DNA of 64,000 nucleotides from Kiritimatiellia bacterium (GTDB lineage: Bacteria; Verrucomicrobiota; Kiritimatiellia; RFP12; UBA1067), in contig JAGCAM010000079.1 of the NCBI GenBank assembly GCA_017652705.1, forward strand, positions 11,475 to 75,474, in the 5' to 3' direction. This document shows positions 55,741-64,000 of the stretch, one piece after another (position 1 is the stretch's first letter; the number at the start of each line of letters is the position of its first letter). Below the pieces are notes generated by a model. That model worked only from the letters and a program-made list of their open reading frames with translations. It made no database searches and was not told the origin of the DNA. The position numbers were made by a program, and so were the translations under genes.

Positions 55741-57267
55741 TCACTTGCGGGGGACGGACTGCCCGCCGGCGCAGCTGCACGGCAGAAACCGCACGCGTAC
55801 CATCTCCGCGTCCGAAAGCCGGACGTCGTCAGGCAGCGGACCGGGCTTCTCCGCCGAAACGAAAGCGTTCGGCCGCGGCTCCTGGACGGGCACGACGATC
55901 CATTCCGACCCGTCGGCCTTCCGCTCGACGCGCCCGCCTTCCGCCGCAACGACCTGGCGGACGAGTTTTTCGCTGACGGCCTTGAGTTTGTCCCAGTCGT
56001 AGTCGGTGAATTCCCACTTTCTGCCGCGGTCGAGCTTTTCCAGAAACCCGCCCCGGATGCGGCTCGCGCCGAGCGAGGCTCCGAGCACTCCGCAGGCGGA
56101 GGCCGGGTTGCAGTCCGAATCGCATCCGCACCCGGTGGCGATCCTCGCGGTTTTCTCCATGTCGCCATCGCCCCACAGGTATCCGATCAGCACGTAAGCG
56201 CCGTTCAGCCTGACGTCGATGCCGGCAAAGGAGACGAATCTGCAGTTCTGGGGCGTGAAGTATTTGCGCGTAAGCGCCTCCCACGCAGTCCGCCAGTTCG
56301 ACGGGTCGCGCCCGTACGCCGCGAGCGTGTCGCGCACCATCTCCGCGTAGCGCGACTCCGCCGGAATGTGCCTGAGCGCCGAGCGCACGACCGAGGGGCG
56401 GTCCTGCGTGAAATACGCCTCGGCGTACATCGCCCCTACGAACTGCCCCGCGTAGAGCCCGTCGCCGTAGTTCATCACCGCGCCGAACCGGTTGCCCAGC
56501 CTGACCGCGCGGTTGGGCAGCCCCGGCGATATTATGCCGCTGAAGTCGGCCTCGATCTGATAGTCTATGTCGTACGGGGTCGGATGAAAGTTCGGGTGCC
56601 CGCAGCTGGGCGCCGCAATCCCGCGGCGCAGATTGTTCCGGGCGTTGTGGTTCGCGCACCACAGCCGGTACTTAGAATTGGCGAAGGCGATGCCGGCCTC
56701 GCGCGCGTCAACGTCGACTCCGCACCTGTCGAGCACGTCGAGAAACGTCATCTCCACGTAGAGATCGTCCTGGCAGAAGGTGCCGTTGATGATCTCGGCC
56801 TTGTATTCAGGCATGAGGTCGTCAGGCACGGGCTTGCCTACGCATTTGAATTCCGTCGGCGCGCCGTAGGCGACGCCGATGGACTGCCCGAGCCACGCGC
56901 CGGACATCCTGTCGCGGAATTGATCCATGGCGAGACTTCTCTCCGGCGCAGCCCTCTTCGCCCCTGTCTTCGGAACGGCTTTCTCTTTCGGCGCGGCGCC
57001 GACCCCTTCAATCGAATTCTTCTCCGCAACTTCGCCCTTTTCCGCACTTTTGACGGCGGCCCTCTCTTCGGGCAGATCGACTATCGTGCCGGGAAGCAGT
57101 TTCCTGCCCCCTATTACATTGCCGCCTTCTATAACCTCGACCGGCACGTCGCGCTTAAGCCGGTAGCTTCTGATCTTTCGGACGTCGTTTTGCTTCTCCT
57201 GCCCGAATGCCGCAAAAATCGCCAGCGCCATCGCGCAGACGGCCGTCATCGCTACGTGTTTCTTCAT
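55741..57267 (-). CDS. Secreted ADP-ribosylglycohydrolase (ARH/DraG) fold protein.
   Basis: A signal peptide is present (MKKHVAMTAVCAMALAIFAAFG). A linker of about 100 aa follows. The ARH-type core has the motif GAWLGQSIGVAYGAPTEF. A C-terminal extension is present. Confidence 0.65.
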   Translation of the reverse strand: MKKHVAMTAVCAMALAIFAAFGQEKQNDVRKIRSYRLKRDVPVEVIEGGNVIGGRKLLPGTIVDLPEERAAVKSAEKGEVAEKNSIEGVGAAPKEKAVPKTGAKRAAPERSLAMDQFRDRMSGAWLGQSIGVAYGAPTEFKCVGKPVPDDLMPEYKAEIINGTFCQDDLYVEMTFLDVLDRCGVDVDAREAGIAFANSKYRLWCANHNARNNLRRGIAAPSCGHPNFHPTPYDIDYQIEADFSGIISPGLPNRAVRLGNRFGAVMNYGDGLYAGQFVGAMYAEAYFTQDRPSVVRSALRHIPAESRYAEMVRDTLAAYGRDPSNWRTAWEALTRKYFTPQNCRFVSFAGIDVRLNGAYVLIGYLWGDGDMEKTARIATGCGCDSDCNPASACGVLGASLGASRIRGGFLEKLDRGRKWEFTDYDWDKLKAVSEKLVRQVVAAEGGRVERKADGSEWIVVPVQEPRPNAFVSAEKPGPLPDDVRLSDAEMVRVRFLPCSCAGGQSVPRK

Positions 57268-57361
57268 GCGTTCCCTTTCATTTTCGTTTTACATCTTTCT
57301 TGCTTGCGGTCGAATCCCTTTCACTGAGGCAATCGGTGCAAAGGCCATCTCGCAAATATCA

Positions 57362-57814
57362 TCACCCCCAGGCCAACCTGACATTCTCGACACCCCATGT
57401 CCACGCGCTTCCGGAAAAGCCGTGGATCCCCGTCAATGTCCCGACCGGCACACTCCTCCCGAGATTGACCCCTGCGTCAACGCATGGCGTTCCCTGCGCT
57501 AAAAAGCAATCCTGCATGAAAAGCGGATCGGAATAGATAAGAATTCCGTTTTTGTAGTATCGCTGGGCGGTCGGCGTTATTACCGCGGTGATGACATTCG
57601 TAACGCCGGGCGATACCGCAATGGCGGTGTCACAGTCAGGGTTGCCGTTGCCGGATATATCTTTCCATGTGGTTGCGGCAGAATCATGCACGCCTGCACC
57701 GGCGTCGTCGATGCCGTCGAAATGTACAACGAGACCTCCTTGTATGTAGGCGCTCGCGGGCATGCCGTCTGCCGTCATCAACATAATCGCAAGTACAACC
57801 GGAAAATATTTCAT
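57362..57814 (-). CDS. Small secreted concanavalin-A-like lectin/LamG-type domain protein. It may be truncated.
   Basis: A signal peptide is present. LVVHFDGIDDAGAGVHDSAATTWKDISGNGN resembles the start of LamG_3-type domains. The 150-aa ORF is shorter than a full domain. Confidence 0.4.
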   Translation of the reverse strand: MKYFPVVLAIMLMTADGMPASAYIQGGLVVHFDGIDDAGAGVHDSAATTWKDISGNGNPDCDTAIAVSPGVTNVITAVITPTAQRYYKNGILIYSDPLFMQDCFLAQGTPCVDAGVNLGRSVPVGTLTGIHGFSGSAWTWGVENVRLAWG

Positions 57815-57944
57815 CCCGACAACTCCTTATTTTGCGCGCGCCGCTCAACTCCGCAAGCGACGCACCGATTGATTGTGCAACAATACTACCAAATTCAACG
57901 TTTCCGCGCAAGGGCGTTGAACAGCCTTGGGGCGCGCGGCGGGG

Positions 57945-57974
57945 TTGACGGGAAACGGCTGAATTTGATATACT
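57945..57974 (+). promoter_or_regulatory. Candidate promoter for tRNA-Tyr: TTGACG-N18-TATACT.
   Basis: TTGACG is at 57945-57950 and TATACT at 57969-57974. The element ends 20 nt upstream of the tRNA 5' end. Confidence 0.4.
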
Positions 57975-57994
57975 ACGCGCTGTTTACGACACAT

Positions 57995-58080
57995 GGTGGG
58001 ATACTCAAGTGGTCAACGAGGGCAGACTGTAAATCTGCTGGCTTGCGCCTTCCAAGGTTCGAATCCTTGCCCCACCACCA
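57995..58080 (+). tRNA. tRNA-Tyr, anticodon GTA, class II with a long variable arm.
   Basis: The acceptor 5' strand is GGTGGGA and the 3' strand is CCCCACC, followed by discriminator A and CCA. The anticodon stem-loop is GCAGA-CTGTAAA-TCTGC. The long variable arm is GGCTTGCGCCTTCC. The T-loop is GGTTCGAATCC. There is one A-C mismatch at the base of the acceptor stem. Confidence 0.85.
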
Positions 58081-58182
58081 TCCATGAAAAGACAATTCCC
58101 CGCAAGGAACCGGTCATGGACATGCTCCCAGTCGGGGCGCATCCCGGCGACATGGAATATTCGCTGGGCGGCACCCTTTTAA

Positions 58183-58474
58183 ATACAAAAACTTGAGCAC
58201 AAGATATTCATCGCCCTGACCACGAGCGGCAACACCGGCTCGAACGTGCTGACCGACGTCAAGTTGATCGGCGAAACCCGAGAAAGGGAAATGCTGGAAG
58301 CGGCGAAGACCTACGACGCCGAAGTGCGCTTTCTGCGGAACGACGACGAGCGCCTGCTCGACACCAACGAAACCCGCACTCAGGTTCTATACGGCATGCG
58401 CCGGGCGAACACCGACGTGACTTTCACCCACGCGCCGAACGACGAAAGCCCCGACCACTGGATGACCTCCCGCA
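58183..58474 (+). pseudogene. Internal fragment of a LmbE/PIG-L-type N-acetylglucosaminyl deacetylase gene, abutting tRNA-Tyr.
   Basis: The in-frame translation ...TDVTFTHAPNDESPDHWMTSR fits the DVVFTHxPxDxHPDH motif of LmbE-like deacetylases. There is no N-terminal HPDDE region and no start codon. The 3' part degenerates into junk (STAACTRNVSPRTEW...). Confidence 0.3.
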
Positions 58475-58557
58475 GTACGGCTGCATGTACGCGGAATGTT
58501 TCACCGCGTACAGAATGGCCGGCTACATGCCGGATTTCAGACTGCTGCCCTGAGCCT

Positions 58558-59799
58558 TCAGCCGAGCCTGTCCACCGTCATAACGGGCAGATTCTTTCCG
58601 GAAGGCTCTTTCATCGGCTTCATGCCGGAGGGGTCGAATGCGTAGCCGTTCGAGCCGAGCGGCCAGACGGCCGGGGCGGTGTTGAGCACGGTTGCGCGAA
58701 AGCCCTGCATCGTCGCGCCGAGATTGCCGGTGTGGGAGCTGTTACAACCCTCGTTCTCGATCACGAACGGATTGCTGTATCCTTTCACCATGAGCGTCTC
58801 GAGGAACTTCGTCCAGTCGCAGGAATCGCTGCCGCCGAAACCGGGCAGGCGCGGCTCGTAATTGAGACGGTCCCACTCGTTGGCGGGCAGCGGCACACCG
58901 GCCTTCTTCGCGAGGACGGGGTCGACGCTCTGCATGGGGAACAGGCGTCCCCAGTGTACGGCTTCGGTTTCTCCGGGGAAGTTCCTCGTGCCCTTGATGT
59001 GGACGCGGCGCAGCTTTTTGAAATCCATCGCCTCGATAACCGCCGAAGGGTCGATGTGCTGCCAGATGTCGTGCGACGGATCGTACGTCTCTTGCAGCGC
59101 TGAGTCGTCGTCAAGCACGGCGTACATCAGTTTGCGCGCAGCGAGACACCCCGGCAGGTTGCAGTAGCAGTCGGTCGAAGACAGCGGCCGCCACCCCTCC
59201 ATCGGGCAGTTTTCGACGCAGAGCGTGACTCCGAGGTCCTTGGCGTATTTGAGAATCGGGGTGAAGACCTTTTTGAACTTCATGAGGTTCTTCTCGAAGC
59301 CGTTCTCCTCGTTGGAGAGGGCGACGTCGTACCCGACGAACGTTCCGCAGACGACGTCGTTCGCGTCGCCGCCGAGCAGCGCGGCGATGCGGACGAGTTT
59401 GAGGATGTGGTTCTGGTTGACGATCTGGAGTTCGGGTTTGCCGCCGATAAGGTTGTCGTAGGCGCCGACCGACATGCGCACGCCTTCGCGGTTGCAGATG
59501 TCGATCACCCGTCTGGCGTCGTCGATCGAGAAATTCTCGTAGTCGAGATGCGTGGCGACGTGATCCTGGCGGTCGGTGTCGCGGCGGAACACGCAGAGCT
59601 CGAGGCCCTGGGCTCCGACGCTTTTGGCGCGGGCGACGACGGTTTCGAAATTGCGGTCGGCGGCGAGCGCGCTCGACATCAGCCAGATCTGGTTGTTGCG
59701 CGGTTTCGGCTTCGCCTGCCGGGCTAACGCCGAACCGGGGGTGAACGCACCCGCCGCGGCTAGCGCGGCGGCGCTTTTGAAGAAGTCCCTCCTGTTCAT
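58558..59799 (-). CDS. Tat-exported xylose-isomerase-like TIM-barrel protein (sugar phosphate isomerase/epimerase family).
   Basis: The start was chosen at MNRRDFFKSAAALAAAGAFTPG, a Tat motif. The barrel region contains GAQGLELC and CVENCP. Confidence 0.75.
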   Translation of the reverse strand: MNRRDFFKSAAALAAAGAFTPGSALARQAKPKPRNNQIWLMSSALAADRNFETVVARAKSVGAQGLELCVFRRDTDRQDHVATHLDYENFSIDDARRVIDICNREGVRMSVGAYDNLIGGKPELQIVNQNHILKLVRIAALLGGDANDVVCGTFVGYDVALSNEENGFEKNLMKFKKVFTPILKYAKDLGVTLCVENCPMEGWRPLSSTDCYCNLPGCLAARKLMYAVLDDDSALQETYDPSHDIWQHIDPSAVIEAMDFKKLRRVHIKGTRNFPGETEAVHWGRLFPMQSVDPVLAKKAGVPLPANEWDRLNYEPRLPGFGGSDSCDWTKFLETLMVKGYSNPFVIENEGCNSSHTGNLGATMQGFRATVLNTAPAVWPLGSNGYAFDPSGMKPMKEPSGKNLPVMTVDRLG

Positions 59800-59813
59800 G
59801 ACCGGCCCTTCCG

Positions 59814-61373
59814 TCAGACCACGATCTTCCAGTTGTCGCGGTAGCACGGGCGCTTCAGCCAGTCCGGATCGCCGGTGCCGTTGGCGAAGGTCATGTTCGG
59901 CCCGTCCCAGTCGAAACCGGTGTCGTAGATGTAGCTCAAGTTGCAGAGCTGGCAGAGAATCGCGCCGCGGGCGCCTATTTCAGCTGTGGAGACGGTGGGC
60001 TTGCGCGTTTCGATGCACTCGCAGAAATTGGCCACCTGGTTGGTACTCTTGTAGAGCTGCACCGGGGCGCCGGCGAGATTGAACTTCTCGATCAGGGTCT
60101 GCACCGCTCTGCCGAGGCGGTCGTCTTTCTTGACCATCGAATCGGTGCCGTAATCTTTGCCGACGGATGCGGCGACGATCTTGTCCTTCATGAACTCGCA
60201 CGTCTCGATCTGCTTGCGGATCTCGAGGTCGGGCTTGACGAGGCCGGTGCCCTTCCAGACGGCGACCTTGCCGCGGTTGACGGCGACGATGCCGTCGGTT
60301 CCGTAGAAGACCGTTCCCCACACGCCGAAAGGCCCGTGGTAGAGCTCGATGTCGCCGCTCTTGCCCTTGAAAAGCATCTTCATGCCGTACTGGCGGCGGC
60401 CGCCGTGGTAGAGGTCGGTCGAGTAGGGCTCGTCGGAGCGGATGATCTTGTATGGGCCGGACTTGTCCATGTCCATGCCCCACTGGGCGATGTCGAGGTG
60501 GTGAGCGCCCCAGTCGCCGCAGTAGCCTGTGCCGATGTCGTCGTCGAAGCGCCAGAACATCGGGTAGAACTTGTTCACGCCCTTCGGCGCGAGAAGGTTG
60601 GAGTAGGGACGCCATTTGGCGGGGCCGAGCCAGCGGTTCCAGCCCCATTCGCCGAGTTCGGCGTAGCCATCGCTCTCGGCCGCGGCGTTCCGGGGGTCGT
60701 CGAAGAACCTGAGGGGATGCGACGGGCCGCCGAGTTTCTTGCCGCCGATGCCGTAGTTGGCGTCGACGTACTTAAGCTCGCCGATGCCGCCGTTGCGGAC
60801 GATCATGCACGCGGCGCGGAATTCGCTGACCTTGGCCCAGCTGCGCTGCATCGAGCCGGTCTGGAACACCCGGCCGTACTTCTTCTGGGCCGCGATCACC
60901 TGTTTCGCCTCCTCGGGCGAGAAGGTGAGGGGCTTTTCGCAGTACACGTCTTTGCCGTGCTTCATCGCCTCGACGCACATGTAGGCGTGCCAGTGGTCGG
61001 GGGTGGCGATGCACACCGCGTCGATCGACGGGTCTTTGATGATTTCGAGGAAGTCCAGCACGACGCGGCAGCCTGAGTCGCCGTAGAGCCGGTTGACTAT
61101 TTCAGCCGCCGCCTTGGCGCGGGTCCCGTCGCAGTCGCAGACGGCTGCGATTTTCACCGTGTCGCGCAGGTGTTTGGTGAGTTCCGAATCGCCGGCGAAC
61201 TGCGGGATGAGCGCACTGCGCATCTGGATGCCGCAGCCGATCATGCCGATCTGGCGTTTTTCGCCGGGCTTGAGCGGATGCAGGCCGATTTTGCCGTCCG
61301 CGCGGCCGGCGAGGGCCGCCGCCGCGGCGGATCCGAAGATGAAGTTTCTGCGGTCGAGTTTCATGTTGTGCAT
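59814..61373 (-). CDS. Tat-exported Gfo/Idh/MocA oxidoreductase, a candidate glycoside 3-dehydrogenase.
   Basis: The Tat motif MKLDRRNFIFGSAAAAALAG is present. The Rossmann motif is IGMIGCGIQMRS. The ORF is 519 aa. Confidence 0.85.
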   Translation of the reverse strand: MHNMKLDRRNFIFGSAAAAALAGRADGKIGLHPLKPGEKRQIGMIGCGIQMRSALIPQFAGDSELTKHLRDTVKIAAVCDCDGTRAKAAAEIVNRLYGDSGCRVVLDFLEIIKDPSIDAVCIATPDHWHAYMCVEAMKHGKDVYCEKPLTFSPEEAKQVIAAQKKYGRVFQTGSMQRSWAKVSEFRAACMIVRNGGIGELKYVDANYGIGGKKLGGPSHPLRFFDDPRNAAAESDGYAELGEWGWNRWLGPAKWRPYSNLLAPKGVNKFYPMFWRFDDDIGTGYCGDWGAHHLDIAQWGMDMDKSGPYKIIRSDEPYSTDLYHGGRRQYGMKMLFKGKSGDIELYHGPFGVWGTVFYGTDGIVAVNRGKVAVWKGTGLVKPDLEIRKQIETCEFMKDKIVAASVGKDYGTDSMVKKDDRLGRAVQTLIEKFNLAGAPVQLYKSTNQVANFCECIETRKPTVSTAEIGARGAILCQLCNLSYIYDTGFDWDGPNMTFANGTGDPDWLKRPCYRDNWKIVV

Positions 61374-61432
61374 TTCCTTTTCAGTGTTTTCAATCGTGTT
61401 GTTTCATCCGTTGACGGTTGAGCCGCCGGCGG

Positions 61433-62482
61433 TCAGATCGCCGGACGGAGAATCATGTTTTTGAAGTCGGCGTCGGAGTGGTCGCCCTGCAGGTAGATGG
61501 GGCCTTTCGCGTCGACATCGGCGTCGATGGCGCCGCCGGTCACGCCGGTGACCTCGGCGTTTTCGATGATGGTGACGCCGTTGAGGACGACGGTCAGACG
61601 GCGCTTGTAGATCGTGACGCTCACGTGCTGCCATTCGCCGGGCGCCTTTTCGGCGGCGGTGATCGGCGTGACGCGGCCGTAGTAGGCGGCCATGTTGTGG
61701 CGGTTGACCGGCTTCTTGTAGCTGTCGATCACCTGGCACTCGAAACGCCCGCGCAGATAAACGCCGGAGTTCGACCCCTCTGGCACGCGCACGTCGTATT
61801 CAAGGTTGAAGTCGCCGAAGTCGTCGCGCCTGGTGACGAGATTCACCCCGCCGCCCTTCCACTTGCCGTCGGGCTTGCGGCCGAGCGCGTTGGAGAGGAC
61901 GCCGTCCTTGAACTTCCAGCCGAAGACGCCGCCCTTGCTCATCGCCTTCCAGCCGTCGAGACCGTCCTTGAGCAGATCGACGGGTTCTCCGAACTTCGCG
62001 TTCTTCACGTTGGCGAGCTGGCAGACCGGTGCGATGCGCCAGCCGGAGAACGGCTTGTAATCGCCGTTCGCCTTGCCGTCCTTGTCGCAGGGGGCGATCT
62101 CGCCCTCGAGTTTGCAGCCTTTGACCTTGCCGCGCATCAACACGCCGTACGGGTGGCGGAACGAGAAGGAGTCCCCCTCGACCTTCACGTCAAGGCACCA
62201 CTCCGGAGAGCCCCAGCGGTAGAGGACGAAAGCTTTCGGCTCGCCTTCTTCGGTACGGGAGAAAATGAGGCTCGAAGCGTACATCGAATCGTACGGCAGC
62301 TTCGCGCCCCAGTTGCCTATCACGGGGTCGATCGACGTCTGGTCGCAGATTTTCGGCGCGCACGGCGTGCAGGGCCGGCCGGGCCGGCAGCAGGTCTCTC
62401 CGGCGGTCTGGCATTCGGCGAAGGCCGCCGCGGCGGACACAGCCGCGACTGATGCGAGGATGGCGGATTTTTTCATTTTCAT
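61433..62482 (-). CDS. Secreted DUF1080 (3-keto-disaccharide-hydrolase-like) protein with a Cys-rich N-terminal extension.
   Basis: A signal peptide is present. The first roughly 60 mature residues contain 9 Cys (ECQTAGETCCRPGRPCTPCAPKICDQ). The C-terminal roughly 200 aa, LDGWKAMSKGG...YLQGDHSDADFKNMILRP, form a DUF1080 jelly-roll. Confidence 0.7.
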   Translation of the reverse strand: MKMKKSAILASVAAVSAAAAFAECQTAGETCCRPGRPCTPCAPKICDQTSIDPVIGNWGAKLPYDSMYASSLIFSRTEEGEPKAFVLYRWGSPEWCLDVKVEGDSFSFRHPYGVLMRGKVKGCKLEGEIAPCDKDGKANGDYKPFSGWRIAPVCQLANVKNAKFGEPVDLLKDGLDGWKAMSKGGVFGWKFKDGVLSNALGRKPDGKWKGGGVNLVTRRDDFGDFNLEYDVRVPEGSNSGVYLRGRFECQVIDSYKKPVNRHNMAAYYGRVTPITAAEKAPGEWQHVSVTIYKRRLTVVLNGVTIIENAEVTGVTGGAIDADVDAKGPIYLQGDHSDADFKNMILRPAI

Positions 62483-63837
62483 TTGCTCCTTAGATATGCG
62501 CTGTATGCGCGGTAGGTTTCATAACAGTCGTTTTTGGAAACGATTTCCCACGGGGCGTGCATGTTCCACATGGGCGTGCCCATGTCGAGAACCTTCATGC
62601 CGAATCTAGCCATGTACTGCGAGATGGTTCCGCCGCCGCCCTTCTCCATCTTGCCGAGTTCGGCCATCTGCCACGCGACGCCTTCTTCGGCCATGATGCG
62701 CCTGATTTCGGCGATGAATTCGGGCGAGCAGTCGCTGGCACCGCCCTTGGTGGCGCCGCCGGTGTACTTCGAAGCCGCCACCCCCTTGTGGAGACGCGCC
62801 TCGTTGCCGGTCGAATCGACGTCTGGAAAGTGCGGATCGGCCGCAGCCGTGACGTCTGCCGAAAGCATCGTCGATTTTTCGAGCGCGCGGCGCACCGCGA
62901 TGTCTTTCGCGCCGCGCTCCTGAAGCTCGATCATCTCGGCGACGGTGTTCTCGAAGAATGAACTCTGCATCCCGGTCGACCCCATCGACCCGATCTCCTC
63001 CTTGTCGCACATCAGAATCGAGGCGGTGACGGACGGCGTTTCGCCGGCGGCGTCGAGAAGCGCCCGGAGCCCGGCGAAGGAGCATACCCGGTCGTCGTGG
63101 CCGTAACCGGTTATGAGCGCACGGTCGAGGCCGACGTATCGCGGCATTCCGGCCGGCACCATTTCGAGCTCGGCGCTTAGCAGGTCTTCATCGTCGATCT
63201 TGTAAGTCTTCTTCAGGTACGCGACGAGCTTCGAGCGCGGCGATCCGCGGTCGTCCGGTTTCGCGTCGGCGTCGCCGGTCGTCCAGCAGACGGGGTCGAG
63301 ATCCTCCGCCGGGAAAAACTCGTCGCGCTTTTTCGCGGCCTGGTCTTTGCCGAGATGGGGCAGAATGTCGGATATGACGAAAACCGGATCGTCAGCCCCG
63401 TCGCCGACCGCCACCTGCACTTTGGAACCGTCTTTGCGCACGACCGTGCCGTAGAGGGCGAGCGGCAGCGTGAGCCACTGGTATTTCTTGATGCCGCCGT
63501 AGACGTGGCAGTCGAAGTAGACGCAACCGCCCTTCTGATAGAGCGGTTTGGGCTTAAGGTCGAGCCGGGGGGCGTCGGTGTGGCCGCCGACGACTTTGAG
63601 GCCGGCTTCGGAGATGCGACGGCGGCCGATGACGGCAGCCATGACCGTGCGGTCTTCGCAGCCGCGGAACACTTTATCCCCCGCTTTGAGGGATCTGAAG
63701 GAGGAAATCTCCCTGAAACCCTTCGCCTTCAACTGGCGCACGCTTTCGGCGTAACTTCTGCGCTCGGTCTTGGCGATGCCGAGATAGCGAATATATTCGT
63801 CGCAGTATTTGTCTGGCGACATGTACTTCTTTTTCAT
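62479..63837 (-). CDS. M18-family (aspartyl/aminopeptidase I-type) zinc aminopeptidase.
   Basis: The 452-aa ORF has motifs GGHTDAPRL, DDRVCSFAG, CDKEEIGSMG and the C-terminal NMHAPWEIVSKNDCYETYRAY, all typical of M18/M42 aminopeptidases. Confidence 0.75.
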   Translation of the reverse strand: MKKKYMSPDKYCDEYIRYLGIAKTERRSYAESVRQLKAKGFREISSFRSLKAGDKVFRGCEDRTVMAAVIGRRRISEAGLKVVGGHTDAPRLDLKPKPLYQKGGCVYFDCHVYGGIKKYQWLTLPLALYGTVVRKDGSKVQVAVGDGADDPVFVISDILPHLGKDQAAKKRDEFFPAEDLDPVCWTTGDADAKPDDRGSPRSKLVAYLKKTYKIDDEDLLSAELEMVPAGMPRYVGLDRALITGYGHDDRVCSFAGLRALLDAAGETPSVTASILMCDKEEIGSMGSTGMQSSFFENTVAEMIELQERGAKDIAVRRALEKSTMLSADVTAAADPHFPDVDSTGNEARLHKGVAASKYTGGATKGGASDCSPEFIAEIRRIMAEEGVAWQMAELGKMEKGGGGTISQYMARFGMKVLDMGTPMWNMHAPWEIVSKNDCYETYRAYSAYLRSK

Positions 63838-64000
63838 GAGGTAAAGTATATCAAATTAGCGCTCCGCTGTACACCCGGGCGGCGCTTTCCGGAAATTCCA
63901 AATCACCTTACCGTCACTGCCGCCAAGGGCTATTGCCGCGGCAAAAGGCGTGGCGCGACACCGGTGGACAAGGTTTTGAAATCTCCGTTCCATTCAACGA

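Noticed and set aside
58246-59103. The 285-aa plus-strand ORF as a real gene.
   Set aside because: Only the first roughly 76 residues resemble a protein family (an LmbE-like internal segment). The rest is junk. It runs antisense through the well-supported TIM-barrel gene at 58558..59799.
1-64000. Searched for CRISPR arrays, IS elements, integrases, toxin-antitoxin pairs and defence-island genes.
   Set aside because: I found no direct-repeat/spacer periodicity and no transposase-, integrase- or recombinase-like ORFs. No short adjacent gene pairs typical of TA or defence systems are visible in any frame.

Overview
The window is 64 kb of high-GC bacterial DNA in which every supported gene except one decayed fragment lies on the minus strand. 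The gene content looks like a glycan-degrading anaerobe of the Planctomycetes/Verrucomicrobia/Lentisphaerae type: there is rubrerythrin, a lipoprotein flavodoxin, many Tat-signal Gfo/Idh/MocA oxidoreductases and many secreted glycoside hydrolases.

Housekeeping genes (proS, a clpC operon with dnaB and a McsA-like zinc-ribbon gene, tsaE, coaX, nadC, a fadD-like ligase, an M18 aminopeptidase, tRNA-Arg(CCT), tRNA-Tyr(GTA)) are interleaved with carbohydrate loci. The carbohydrate loci comprise three groups.
- Three gene sets matching the oxidative 3-keto-glycoside route: a Tat Gfo/Idh/MocA oxidoreductase, a DUF1080 3-keto-disaccharide-hydrolase-like protein and a xylose-isomerase-like TIM-barrel.
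- Four paralogs of a DUF4838-like domain that all carry a conserved C-x-C-x2-C motif, in unusual fusions: Gfo/Idh/MocA + DUF4838 + CBM9-like, and GH127-like + DUF4838 + GH2 in a single 1749-aa protein.
- A tandem pair of giant CBM9/GH42-like secreted proteins, a GH3, a GH28-like beta-helix protein, a secreted ADP-ribosylglycohydrolase-fold protein, and two decayed GH2 fragments.

Other items worth a second look: an apparently orphan V/A-type ATPase B subunit; three genes with a TATAAT box 6-7 nt upstream of the ATG, which implies leaderless transcripts; a small UDP-sugar dehydrogenase / epimerase / polyprenyl-phosphate glycosyltransferase cluster; and a 590-bp non-coding region with nested palindromes. 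I saw no CRISPR array, transposase or integrase.

All family assignments rest on motif and architecture recognition from the translated ORFs and need HMM or structure confirmation.
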